A stretch of DNA of 14,492 nucleotides from Thermodesulfobacteriota bacterium (GTDB taxonomy: Bacteria > Desulfobacterota_D > UBA1144 > Nemesobacterales > N074bin48). Numbering within the stretch: the stretch's first letter is position 1; each line of letters starts with the position of its first letter. This document shows, in pieces, positions 1-8,228 of this stretch. The position numbers and the translations under genes were made by a program. The notes below the pieces were generated by a model, which ran no database searches, had not been told where the DNA came from, and saw nothing but the letters and a program-made list of their open reading frames with translations. Location: assembly GCA_041572575.1 (NCBI GenBank), contig JBFFSH010000066.1, positions 1-14,492 of the forward strand. Direction: 5' to 3'.

Positions 1-36
1 GGAATGCATCCCGGAGCAATGGGCGGCATGATGTAG
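1..36 (+). CDS. groEL: 3' end of chaperonin GroEL (partial)
   Basis: Frame 1 reads GMHPGAMGGMM-stop, the Gly/Met-rich C-terminal tail typical of GroEL; followed by a strong terminator. Only 11 codons are visible. Confidence 0.8.
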   Translation, partial: GMHPGAMGGMM

Positions 37-96
37 TCTCTATGAGACAGATATAACACTTGTTAAACAAGTAAGATAATTTATTTAAAATCAAAC

Positions 97-136
97 AGGG
101 CGGGTTACTATTTATTTAAGTAGCCCGCCTTTTTTT
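97..136 (+). terminator. Rho-independent terminator after groEL
   Basis: Stem GGCGGGTTACT (99-109) / AGTAGCCCGCC (119-129) with one G-U pair, followed by T7. Confidence 0.85.
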
Positions 137-184
137 ATCTAAAATTTATATTGTAAACGAGGTATTTAGCAGCAAAGGAATCTG

Positions 185-730
185 CTACCTTTTTTTATTT
201 AAGGACTGCAGGTTTATCTCAAGATCGAATGTTTCTTTACTATAGTGACCGAATAACCTTGCTACAAAACTCGATGGGAATGAACTTATTTTGGAATTAT
301 AATCTCTAATAATTGCATTATAGTAACTGGAAGACATCAAGAGTTCTTTTTGTACTTCACTTATATCGTCTCTTATCCTTTGAAATTTCTCATCGGTGGC
401 AAGTTTTTCATCGGCTTCAGTTATTTTAAGAATATCTTCAATGCAATCGTCCAGAGGCTTCTCTGTCATGGATTTTTGAAACGGCGAATAAGACTGCATA
501 GCCTTCAACTTGGCTTCAGTTAATTTATCTTCTGTGTCTTTATCTATATCTGTATGGTTTTTGATAAAATCGCTAAGAACTGAAATAAGGTCATACTTTC
601 TAAAAAGTTGTGACTGTACGTTCCCCCAGTACTGCTCTGACATTTTCCTAAGAGCTGAGAGAGATTTAGAAATACCAAAAAATAGGCTAAGCAAAAAGAT
701 TGCAGCTATTATTAATATTAATTGTGTCAC
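185..730 (-). CDS. lemA: LemA family protein
   Basis: N-terminal TM helix, then W.NV.SQL.RKYDLI and YYNAIIRDYN.KI.SFPSSFVARLFG, matching LemA hallmarks; GTG start. Confidence 0.85.
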   Translation of the reverse strand: MTQLILIIAAIFLLSLFFGISKSLSALRKMSEQYWGNVQSQLFRKYDLISVLSDFIKNHTDIDKDTEDKLTEAKLKAMQSYSPFQKSMTEKPLDDCIEDILKITEADEKLATDEKFQRIRDDISEVQKELLMSSSYYNAIIRDYNSKISSFPSSFVARLFGHYSKETFDLEINLQSLNKKR

Positions 731-826
731 TTAATCATCATCCAAACGTAAGATATATATCTAATGAAATATATATTTATTTCAGAAAAAATCTATTAAA
801 AAAAGAGTTTTATCTAATATCTCGTT

Positions 827-2047
827 CTAATCCAGCAGATTAAAAACAAGTCCTGATAAAACTTTTGGATAGAAATATGTGGTCTTTTGAGGAAGTCTTC
901 TGCCAGACTCTGCAAATTCAAGAATATCAACTGCATCTATTTCAGGAAGTATAAACCCAAGCTGATATGTCTTGTCTTTTAAAAGCTCCATTACTTCATC
1001 AAGAGATTTCGTATACTTATAACTAACAGATTCATCTTCGAGTATAGAATCAAGCAGTTGATCATGAAGTTTAACAACTCCAAGCTCACTACTTTCATTG
1101 CCTTTTAAATCTTTGATTCTACTAAGTTTATCAAGCCCCTGAGTCACTACTCCATACTCGCTCTTTCCTATTTTATTAATACCTGTTTTAATGTCCAGTT
1201 TCTCACCATCAAAATCATTTTCAATTTTTCCAAGAATTTCAGAAGCTCGGTCTTCTGTTAGATTTCCAATTAGCCTGTATGTTGGTTTTACTATAAGCCC
1301 CGGCTGCTCAGCTGAAGCCAGGAACATCATTACATATTCGTATGGTTCATTTCCATTTCCTTCAGGGTTTTGTTCTCTTCTGAGATTCCTGTAGTTAATA
1401 GCAGTCTCATACCTGTGATGACCATCTGCTATAAGAAGCTTCTTTTCCTGGAACTTTTCTGCAAGAAACGATAGCAGATCAGAATCGGATACTTTCCACA
1501 AATAATTTTCCACCCCGTCATTATCCGTACTCTTAAACAGCGGATAATCAAACAAAGAATTTTTAAGCGCCAGATTGATCACATGATCAGGGTCAGAAAA
1601 GACTGAAAACACTGGGCTCAGGTTTGCCTTTGAAGCCGTAATGAGCTTTAGTCTGTCAGCCTTATGGTGGGAGAATGTTCTTTCATGCGCAAAGATTTGT
1701 TTGTTTTCAAAATCTTCTATTTTAACAGCCGATATAAAACCTTTTCTTTTATAGGTTTTACCTCCTTCTTCAAAAACCTGTTGGTAGACGTAGATTGAAG
1801 GCTCCTCGTCTCTTATCAGCACCTTGTCTTTGATCCAGTTGTTAAATGTATCTGCGGCTTCTTTGTACTTTGCATCTCCTTCACCCTTTGTAAGGATGAT
1901 TCTTACTACATTATTTATACTCTTTTCATACAACTCATCCCTCTGCTCAGAGCTTATAACATCGTATGGAGGAGCAAGAACTTCATCAAAATTCCTTATA
2001 ACTTCGGGGTTATATCTGTAGCCATGAAAACCGGATATTGTTGCCAT
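827..2047 (-). CDS. DUF1015 family protein
   Basis: APPYDVI, HERT, ANLSPVF, IADGHHRYETA and LPQKTTYFYPK motifs; AGGAG Shine-Dalgarno upstream. Confidence 0.9.
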   Translation of the reverse strand: MATISGFHGYRYNPEVIRNFDEVLAPPYDVISSEQRDELYEKSINNVVRIILTKGEGDAKYKEAADTFNNWIKDKVLIRDEEPSIYVYQQVFEEGGKTYKRKGFISAVKIEDFENKQIFAHERTFSHHKADRLKLITASKANLSPVFSVFSDPDHVINLALKNSLFDYPLFKSTDNDGVENYLWKVSDSDLLSFLAEKFQEKKLLIADGHHRYETAINYRNLRREQNPEGNGNEPYEYVMMFLASAEQPGLIVKPTYRLIGNLTEDRASEILGKIENDFDGEKLDIKTGINKIGKSEYGVVTQGLDKLSRIKDLKGNESSELGVVKLHDQLLDSILEDESVSYKYTKSLDEVMELLKDKTYQLGFILPEIDAVDILEFAESGRRLPQKTTYFYPKVLSGLVFNLLD

Positions 2048-2065
2048 AATTTAAGAGATTCTCCT

Positions 2066-2692
2066 TTAATTCGTAAGATATTTTGCTAATCGAGCCTTTT
2101 CAAGATCACCCTCTCTTAAGACCTCCGGAGGGGTTAGAGTAAAATCCACAATAGTAGAACCTTTAGAAGCGCTTATACTACCAGAGTCGATTACAAGATC
2201 AACCATATTGCCAAAAACACTTATTATCTGGGAGATATCGTACATATTACCAGTCCCGCTCAAATTTGCGCTTGTGGAAATAAGGGGTTCATCAAGATTT
2301 TCCATTAACTGAATAACAAAATTATTATTAGAAATTCTAATCCCAATCGTGTCCCTTCCGCCTGTAATTATCGGATTTAAATATTGTTTTAGTTTCAAAA
2401 TCGCCATAAAAGGCCCTGGCATATATTTTTGTAACATTTCTTTATACTTCTCAGGTACCTGAGCATAGTCCTGAAGCATCTTAAAATCTTTTGCAAGCAC
2501 AGGTAGAGACATTTCAGGCTTTCTGCCTTTTATTTCAAATATCCTCTGCACTGCCTGCTCTTTGGATACTAGCGCACCAAGTCCGTACAAAGTATCAGTG
2601 GGATACACTATCACTCCACCGCTGCTAAGTATTTCAACTGTCCTTTTTACAGCATCCGGACTGTCTGCTTTTATCACTTTTTTAGCACTCAT
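2066..2692 (-). CDS. tsaC: L-threonylcarbamoyladenylate synthase (Sua5/YrdC family, single domain)
   Basis: YPTDTLYGLG, IFEIKGR, PGPF, STSANLSG, STIVD and LREG motifs. Confidence 0.93.
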   Translation of the reverse strand: MSAKKVIKADSPDAVKRTVEILSSGGVIVYPTDTLYGLGALVSKEQAVQRIFEIKGRKPEMSLPVLAKDFKMLQDYAQVPEKYKEMLQKYMPGPFMAILKLKQYLNPIITGGRDTIGIRISNNNFVIQLMENLDEPLISTSANLSGTGNMYDISQIISVFGNMVDLVIDSGSISASKGSTIVDFTLTPPEVLREGDLEKARLAKYLTN

Positions 2693-2812
2693 ATAACTTT
2701 ATACCTGGACAAAAATTATATTTTGATAGTTTCTATTACTACATATATTTTCATTTCACTATAATTCAGCTACAATCTACCATCATTTTGAGTTATCACC
2801 ACTGTAAATAAA

Positions 2813-3505
2813 ATGACGAACACCGTACCAGAAGAAGTAACAGACAGAGCAAAGAACAATGCAGCGCCAAGTGATTCCAAACTACTGGGGCTTGGGCTTA
2901 AGACTTGGTGGCTTCTTCTTATCCGCCCGATTGAAGATTATCTGATTGATAAGCAAATACATCCAAACGTCCTTACGGTATCTTCTTTGATAGTATCCAT
3001 GATCTCGGGGCTCTTTTTTTATTTCGGTCTGATATTTTTGGCAGGTCTTTTAATGCTCTCAGGCTCTACATTTGATATTTTTGACGGCAGGGTAGCACGT
3101 GCACAAAACCTAAGCAGTGAGGCGGGAGCTTTTTTTGATTCATGCCTGGACAGAATTGCTGAAGCCTTTATATATCTTGGTCTTTTAGGCTACTTTCAGG
3201 GTACAGTATTTATATACGTAGTGCTTCTAATCGTAAGCTCTACAATGATGGTAAGCTACGCTAAGGCTCGTGCCGAAGGGCTTGGAGCAAAGTGTGATGT
3301 GGGAATAATGCAAAGAACCGAAAGAGTGGTTTATCTGGGGCTATTCTCGGTCTTTAACTTCGTTGGAAATCTTGTTACAGACGCTCTGAAACTAGAAGGC
3401 AGAGACTACCTTCTAAAATTTGCCCTAATAGTCATGCTCATCTTCTCAGTCTACACCGTAATCCAAAGAATGGCAGCTACAATGAAAGAACTTAATGAAA
3501 GATAG
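2813..3505 (+). CDS. CDP-alcohol phosphatidyltransferase family protein
   Basis: DxxDGxxAR...G.FFDxxxD signature (DIFDGRVAR...GAFFDSCLD), HPNVLT, several TM segments. Confidence 0.92.
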   Translation: MTNTVPEEVTDRAKNNAAPSDSKLLGLGLKTWWLLLIRPIEDYLIDKQIHPNVLTVSSLIVSMISGLFFYFGLIFLAGLLMLSGSTFDIFDGRVARAQNLSSEAGAFFDSCLDRIAEAFIYLGLLGYFQGTVFIYVVLLIVSSTMMVSYAKARAEGLGAKCDVGIMQRTERVVYLGLFSVFNFVGNLVTDALKLEGRDYLLKFALIVMLIFSVYTVIQRMAATMKELNER

Positions 3506-3622
3506 TTCTTTCTGGTTAAATGCTATAAATCTGCATCTATTAATCTAAACCCCACCTCTAACCTTGAATAAAAGGTTATAATTAATATATTAAAATTTAT
3601 CCAAAGCAGGAGGGATAAAAAT

Positions 3623-4141
3623 ATGAGCAATACTACAGAACGCGCAGTGCTTGCAGGTGGTTGCTTTTGGGGAATGCAGGATCTTATTAGAAAACTGCCC
3701 GGAGTAATTTCTACTCGTGTGGGCTACAGCGGCGGCACTGTTCAATACGCTACATACAGAAACCACGAAGGACATGCTGAAGCCATTGAAATATTCTTTA
3801 ACCCCGATGTGATAAGTTTCAGAACACTCCTGGAATTCTTCTTCCAGATTCATGATCCAAGCACACCTAACCAACAGGGAAATGACAGAGGAAGCTCATA
3901 CCGCTCTGCGATATTCTATACATCTAATGAACAGAGACAGACTGCGCTTGATACGATTGCAGATGTGGACGCATCTGGAATATGGCCCGGCAAAGTAGTA
4001 ACGGAGGTTGCACCCGCGGGAGACTTCTGGGAGGCTGAGCCTGAGCATCAGGACTATCTGCAACGCTACCCAAGCGGCTACACATGCCACTACCCAAGAG
4101 AAAACTGGGTGCTTCCTAAAAGAAAGGCAGAGACTGGGTAA
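3623..4141 (+). CDS. msrA: Peptide-methionine (S)-S-oxide reductase MsrA
   Basis: GGCFWG active site, [28 protein letters not shown] Shine-Dalgarno. Confidence 0.97.
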   Translation: MSNTTERAVLAGGCFWGMQDLIRKLPGVISTRVGYSGGTVQYATYRNHEGHAEAIEIFFNPDVISFRTLLEFFFQIHDPSTPNQQGNDRGSSYRSAIFYTSNEQRQTALDTIADVDASGIWPGKVVTEVAPAGDFWEAEPEHQDYLQRYPSGYTCHYPRENWVLPKRKAETG

Positions 4142-4209
4142 CCTTCTGAAACTTAATAAAACCTCACGCATCCAACAAATTTATCCTGTATAATTATATA
4201 AGAGACTAA

Positions 4210-4311
4210 ATGTCTGAAACCGGCACAAAAATAGCTAAACTAATTATCGTCTGCGTGCTGTGCGCAGCCTTAGTCACGGGTATCGTTTATCTTGTAAAAT
4301 GGCTTTTTTAG
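4210..4311 (+). CDS. Putative 33-aa single-pass membrane microprotein
   Basis: Hand translation MSETGTKIAKLIIVCVLCAALVTGIVYLVKWLF-stop: a 19-residue hydrophobic run bounded by Lys; TATAAT at 4189-4194; no clear Shine-Dalgarno. Confidence 0.4.
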   Translation: MSETGTKIAKLIIVCVLCAALVTGIVYLVKWLF

Positions 4312-4350
4312 GCAGGTTTAATTCCAGTATATAAAAGGAGGTTTAACGAG

Positions 4351-4563
4351 ATGAAACAAAATATGGGAACAGCTGATAAGGGTGTTAGGATTTTGGTGGC
4401 CATAGTCATATTTGCGCTGTATTTCACGGGCACTATCGGCGGCACGCTGGGAATAATTCTAATGGTTCTTGCCGTCGTTTTCGTAGGCACAAGCCTTCTG
4501 GGTTCATGCCCGCTCTACATTCCTCTAGGTCTTTCTACGAAAAAAGATTCAAAGTCAGAGTAG
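4351..4563 (+). CDS. DUF2892 (YgaP-like) membrane protein
   Basis: MKxNMGxxDxxxR start, two TM helices, CPLY..LG.ST motif; AAGGAGGT Shine-Dalgarno. Confidence 0.92.
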   Translation: MKQNMGTADKGVRILVAIVIFALYFTGTIGGTLGIILMVLAVVFVGTSLLGSCPLYIPLGLSTKKDSKSE

Positions 4564-4682
4564 CGTACAGGCTCTTTCCAGAAATCTGATTTAGCAAATA
4601 AACCTCGAACGGGGGAGTTTTGCCCTTTATAGAAGCATTTTATTAACTTATACAAAGTAACCAGTAAGCCTTCACCCAAAAG

Positions 4683-4797
4683 CTTCGGGTCAAAAGGTCA
4701 ATGGATTTGGGTCTAGTGTACATAGGCTGACCGTAAGACCCTAAATGGTTTGAATACCTTTATTCCATTTCTAAACATAATGATTTAAAATAATAGG
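4683..4797 (+). repeat. Dispersed intergenic repeat, copy 1
   Basis: Shares CTTCGGGTCAAA, GGGTCTA, TGACCGTAAGACC, TGGTTT, a 30-bp identical block (4760-4789) and TAATAGG, in the same order, with 5509-5615. Confidence 0.9.
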
Positions 4798-4838
4798 TAT
4801 AAATATTTTCAAAATAACTATCCAGGGGGAAAGAAACT

Positions 4839-5473
4839 ATGGGAAAGAAAGATAGAAAGTTTCATGGGATATTATTTATTGCAGTCTCTCTCCTTTTTTT
4901 TGGAATTTATTCTCTAAGCGCTCTAGAGACGCAGAATATAGAAGGCTATCTAATCTGCATAGCACCCGACGATGAAGGAAACATAAAAATAGAGGCAGAA
5001 TTCAGCCAATGTGCCGGCAGTATAGCGCTTGTTAATCTGGAAAATGAGATATACACGATAAGCGGCGCGCAAAACTATATAGACAAACTAAACGACGCCC
5101 CCAAGAGACGAATGGGAGTGCTGATGGATCAAAAGTTACGGGCACGCTGCATGGTCACAAAAGGGCGTTACATATGATGGCAGGAGCTGCAAAGTATATC
5201 GATGAAGGCAAGACCGAAAAGGTAAAAGGGACGATCTACTGCCTGTTTCCAGATTATAAAAAATCATATATGAAATATAAGCTTACAAACAAACCCTGCT
5301 ACAGTGCCAGGCCTCACGCCCACTTTTTACATACAGATGGTAATGAGATTATTGCCATTACAGGAAGCGAAGAGCATATAAAACACATTGAAAGCGCAAC
5401 CGAAAGAAAGGATGTTTATCTAACTGGTAGTTTATCCGGAAGTAAAAACAGCAGATATATCAATCTGAAATAG
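4839..5473 (+). pseudogene. Exported hypothetical protein with two internal repeats, split by a 1-nt frameshift (or sequence error) near 5131-5134; seen as ORFs 4839-5177 and 5174-5473
   Basis: Signal/TM N-terminus; the two ORFs resemble each other (IEGYLICIAPD / VKGTIYCLFPD; ENEIYTISG / GNEIIAITG); the -1 frame from 5132 reads KVTGTLHG, matching YLTGSLSG of the second repeat, and runs into the second ORF. Confidence 0.7.
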
Positions 5474-5508
5474 TATCTCGCTGTTTTCTAAATATTATCA
5501 CTTCAGGT

Positions 5509-5615
5509 CTTCGGGTCAAAGGGTTAGGGTCTATGGTGGAACGGGTGACCGTAAGACCGTAACTGGTTTTCTTGCTCTTATTCCATTTCTAAACATAATG
5601 ATTTAAACTAATAGG
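5509..5615 (+). repeat. Dispersed intergenic repeat, copy 2
   Basis: Direct repeat of 4683-4797; identical block TTATTCCATTTCTAAACATAATGATTTAAA at 5578-5607. Confidence 0.9.
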
Positions 5616-5642
5616 ATAACTGCCGATAATTAGTTGGGATCA

Positions 5643-5702
5643 TTGACAATTTATATGAGTTATGCACAATTTGACTCTTTAAAATTGATGCTTATATAGA
5701 AT
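5643..5702 (+). promoter_or_regulatory. Candidate sigma-70 promoter region of ffh
   Basis: TTGACA (5643-5648), 16 nt, CACAAT (5665-5670); a second TTGACT (5671-5676) with TA-rich -10-like hexamers at 5693-5702. Exact pairing is ambiguous. Confidence 0.4.
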
Positions 5703-5706
5703 AAGA

Positions 5707-7038
5707 ATGTTTGAAGGAATATCCGATAAACTTAGCAATTCGTTAAAAGAGATAAGGGGTACATCCCGAATCTCCGAAGACAACATAAAAGAGACCCTGC
5801 GTCAGGTAAGGCTAAACCTCCTGGAGGCCGATGTAAACTTTCAGGTGGTAAAGGGTTTTATAGACTCTGTGAGGGAAAGGTCGCTTGGCACCGTAGTGGG
5901 TGAAAAGCTAAACCCGGGCCAGCAGTTTGTAAAGATTGTAAATGAAGAGCTGGTTAAAGTACTCGGTGAAGCGACTACAGAGGTTGACCTGCATGCCTCC
6001 CCGCCCGTAGTGTTTATGCTCGTGGGGCTTCAGGGTTCTGGTAAAACGACATCAATTGCAAAGCTTGCAAAATACTTAAGAGATACTCATAAAAGAAATC
6101 CATACCTCGTACCGGCTGATATTTACAGACCCGCTGCTATCGATCAGCTAAAGGTACTTGCAGACTCTGAAGGTTTCGGCGTGTTTGACAGCTCGGCCGA
6201 TATGAAGCCGCTTGACATCTGCAATCAGGCCCGTGATGCCGCACTTACAGGCGGATATGACGTGATGCTTATTGACACTGCGGGTAGGCTGCATATTGAT
6301 GAAGAGCTAATGAATGAGCTTGTTGAGCTTAAAAACGGGCTTAATCCTCACAATATATACTTTGTAGCAGACGCCATGACGGGGCAGGACGCCGTAAACG
6401 TAGCATCAAGCTTCAATGATACCCTGGACATAAGCGGCGTAATACTCACAAAGATGGACGGTGATGCCCGCGGGGGTGCGGCAATGTCCATTAAGGCTGT
6501 TACCGGCAAGCCCATAATGTTTTTTGGAACGGGTGAGAAATTAGACGCCCTTGAAGTCTTTCATCCAGACAGGATCGCTTCTAGAATTCTGGGCATGGGT
6601 GACGTACTTACTTTCATAGAGAAAGCACAGACTGCCATCGAAGAAGAAAAAGCTGAAAAGATGGCAAAGAAAATCCTCAAGAACAGGTTTTCTCTCGGGG
6701 ACTTCAAAGAATCCATGCTTGCTATGAGAAAGATGGGCTCACTCGAAGAAATGGCCGGGATGGTGCCTGGCATAAAAGACCTTACCAAAAATCCAAAGGC
6801 TATGGGAATGGCCGAAAAAGAGATTGATAAGACAATTGCCATTATCAATTCCATGACCAAAAAAGAGAGAAGGGACCATACTCTTATCAATGGAAGCAGA
6901 AGGAAAAGGATTGCCGCAGGAAGCGGAACCAGTGTGCCCGATGTTAACAGAATGATGAAAAATTATGCTAAAATGAGAAAAATGATGAAAAACATGGGAA
7001 ATATGGGTAAACTAGCACAGAGGTTAATGAAGTTTTAA
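5707..7038 (+). CDS. ffh: Signal recognition particle protein Ffh
   Basis: [33 protein letters not shown], Met-rich M domain with [11 protein letters not shown]. Confidence 0.98.
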   Translation: MFEGISDKLSNSLKEIRGTSRISEDNIKETLRQVRLNLLEADVNFQVVKGFIDSVRERSLGTVVGEKLNPGQQFVKIVNEELVKVLGEATTEVDLHASPPVVFMLVGLQGSGKTTSIAKLAKYLRDTHKRNPYLVPADIYRPAAIDQLKVLADSEGFGVFDSSADMKPLDICNQARDAALTGGYDVMLIDTAGRLHIDEELMNELVELKNGLNPHNIYFVADAMTGQDAVNVASSFNDTLDISGVILTKMDGDARGGAAMSIKAVTGKPIMFFGTGEKLDALEVFHPDRIASRILGMGDVLTFIEKAQTAIEEEKAEKMAKKILKNRFSLGDFKESMLAMRKMGSLEEMAGMVPGIKDLTKNPKAMGMAEKEIDKTIAIINSMTKKERRDHTLINGSRRKRIAAGSGTSVPDVNRMMKNYAKMRKMMKNMGNMGKLAQRLMKF

Positions 7039-7072
7039 AATAAAGCGAAAAGCACTAAGGGGGTTTTTTGAA

Positions 7073-7309
7073 TTGGTTAAAATAAGACTTATGAGAATGG
7101 GTTCAAAGAAGAGGCCGTTTTACCGTATTGTAGCGGCTGATTCCAGAGCACCTAGAGACGGTAAATTTCTTGAGATCCTTGGACATTACGATCCAAGAAC
7201 CGAGCCCAACAAAATAGAGATTAAGAAAGACAGAATAGATGATTGGGTGTCTAAGGGCGCGCAATATTCCGGCAGGGTACAAAAAATTATTTCTGGTATA
7301 CAGGGTTAG
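7073..7309 (+). CDS. rpsP: 30S ribosomal protein S16
   Basis: [32 protein letters not shown] start; conserved synteny. Confidence 0.98.
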   Translation: MVKIRLMRMGSKKRPFYRIVAADSRAPRDGKFLEILGHYDPRTEPNKIEIKKDRIDDWVSKGAQYSGRVQKIISGIQG

Positions 7310-7364
7310 TTTCTGACTAATTGTAGAAATACATACTATTGCTGTTTTACAGGAGGTTATTGTT

Positions 7365-7604
7365 ATGGAAAAGCACACAGAGCTTATTAGTTATATCGCT
7401 AAGTCACTCGTTGATAGTCCTGATCAGGTAGAGGTAAAGGAAGTAATAGGTGAACAGACAACTGTTTTGGAATTAAAGGTAGCACAGGAAGATCTGGGTA
7501 AGATCATAGGCAAACAGGGTAAAACCGCAAAGGCCATAAGAACTATCCTGGGCGCTGCTGCTGCAAAGGCTAAAAAAAGAGCAGTATTAGAAATCCTAGA
7601 ATAA
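7365..7604 (+). CDS. khpA: KH-domain RNA-binding protein KhpA (YlqC family)
   Basis: [26 protein letters not shown] (GxxG loop); lies between rpsP and rimM; AGGAGG Shine-Dalgarno. Confidence 0.95.
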   Translation: MEKHTELISYIAKSLVDSPDQVEVKEVIGEQTTVLELKVAQEDLGKIIGKQGKTAKAIRTILGAAAAKAKKRAVLEILE

Positions 7605-7625
7605 CCTTAAGACAAAGAACCTTTC

Positions 7626-8141
7626 ATGGGGTTTATCCCTTACGGAGTTATTTCAAAGTCACACGGATTAGCCGGAGGAGTGCGACTAATCATCTATAGT
7701 GGTGACACATCAAACCTGGACTTTATAGAATCTCTATACATACAGGACGGGGATACTGAAGAATTTACCAAGTATAATATAGAGGGTCATTCTCTATCGG
7801 GTAAACATGCCGTGATAAGACTGCAGGGAGTAAACAGTATTGAGCAAGCAGATAAACTCAAGGGAACCGAAGTGTTTGTGGATGACTCTCAAATAGAGCC
7901 TGCAGGAGGAGATGAGTTTTATTACTATGAGCTTGAGGGACTGGAAGTATTTGATACTAATAATAACCTTCTTGGAAAGGTAATAAGATTAAACGACTCA
8001 GGGCCGCAGGAGCTGCTTGAAGCCCAGCTTACTAGCGGCAAAGAAGTTTTAATTCCTTTTATAGAGCCGATACTCGTAGAGGTGGATATTGATAATAAGA
8101 AGATAGTGGTCGATCCCCCGCCCGGGCTTCTTGATCTATAA
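7626..8141 (+). CDS. rimM: 16S rRNA processing protein RimM
   Basis: HGLAGGV, EFYYYELEGLEV, LIPF, PPPGLL; synteny. Confidence 0.95.
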   Translation: MGFIPYGVISKSHGLAGGVRLIIYSGDTSNLDFIESLYIQDGDTEEFTKYNIEGHSLSGKHAVIRLQGVNSIEQADKLKGTEVFVDDSQIEPAGGDEFYYYELEGLEVFDTNNNLLGKVIRLNDSGPQELLEAQLTSGKEVLIPFIEPILVEVDIDNKKIVVDPPPGLLDL

Positions 8142-8228
8142 AAAATACATTATTAATATAACCCCCCTCTGGACTTTTGATCTTTAATACTAATAATTAC
8201 CAAAACTAATTAGAGCGTCTTATAAAAA

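Noticed and set aside
751..778. Two adjacent palindromes AGATATATATCT and AAATATATATTT upstream of lemA
   Set aside because: Low-complexity (AT)n sequence in an AT-rich spacer; likely chance.
3544..3577. Possible degenerate fourth repeat copy (minus strand TTCAAGGTTAGAGGTGGGGTTTAGA) and AACCTT/AAGGTT palindrome before msrA
   Set aside because: Lacks GGTC units and the GGGTCTA-N12-TGACC core; similarity too weak to call.
4770..4797. dif/Xer-like site in the 30-bp repeated block (TCTAAACATAA-TGATTT-...)
   Set aside because: One arm resembles a XerD half-site, but the other side of the 6-bp spacer lacks the required TTAT arm in both copies.
4683..5615. CRISPR array, integron attC, or SRP RNA (ffs) next to ffh
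   Set aside because: No regular repeat-spacer period and no cas genes; no RYYYAAC/GTTRRRY-bounded attC structure; the SRP CAGG...GGAA...AGCAG core is absent.
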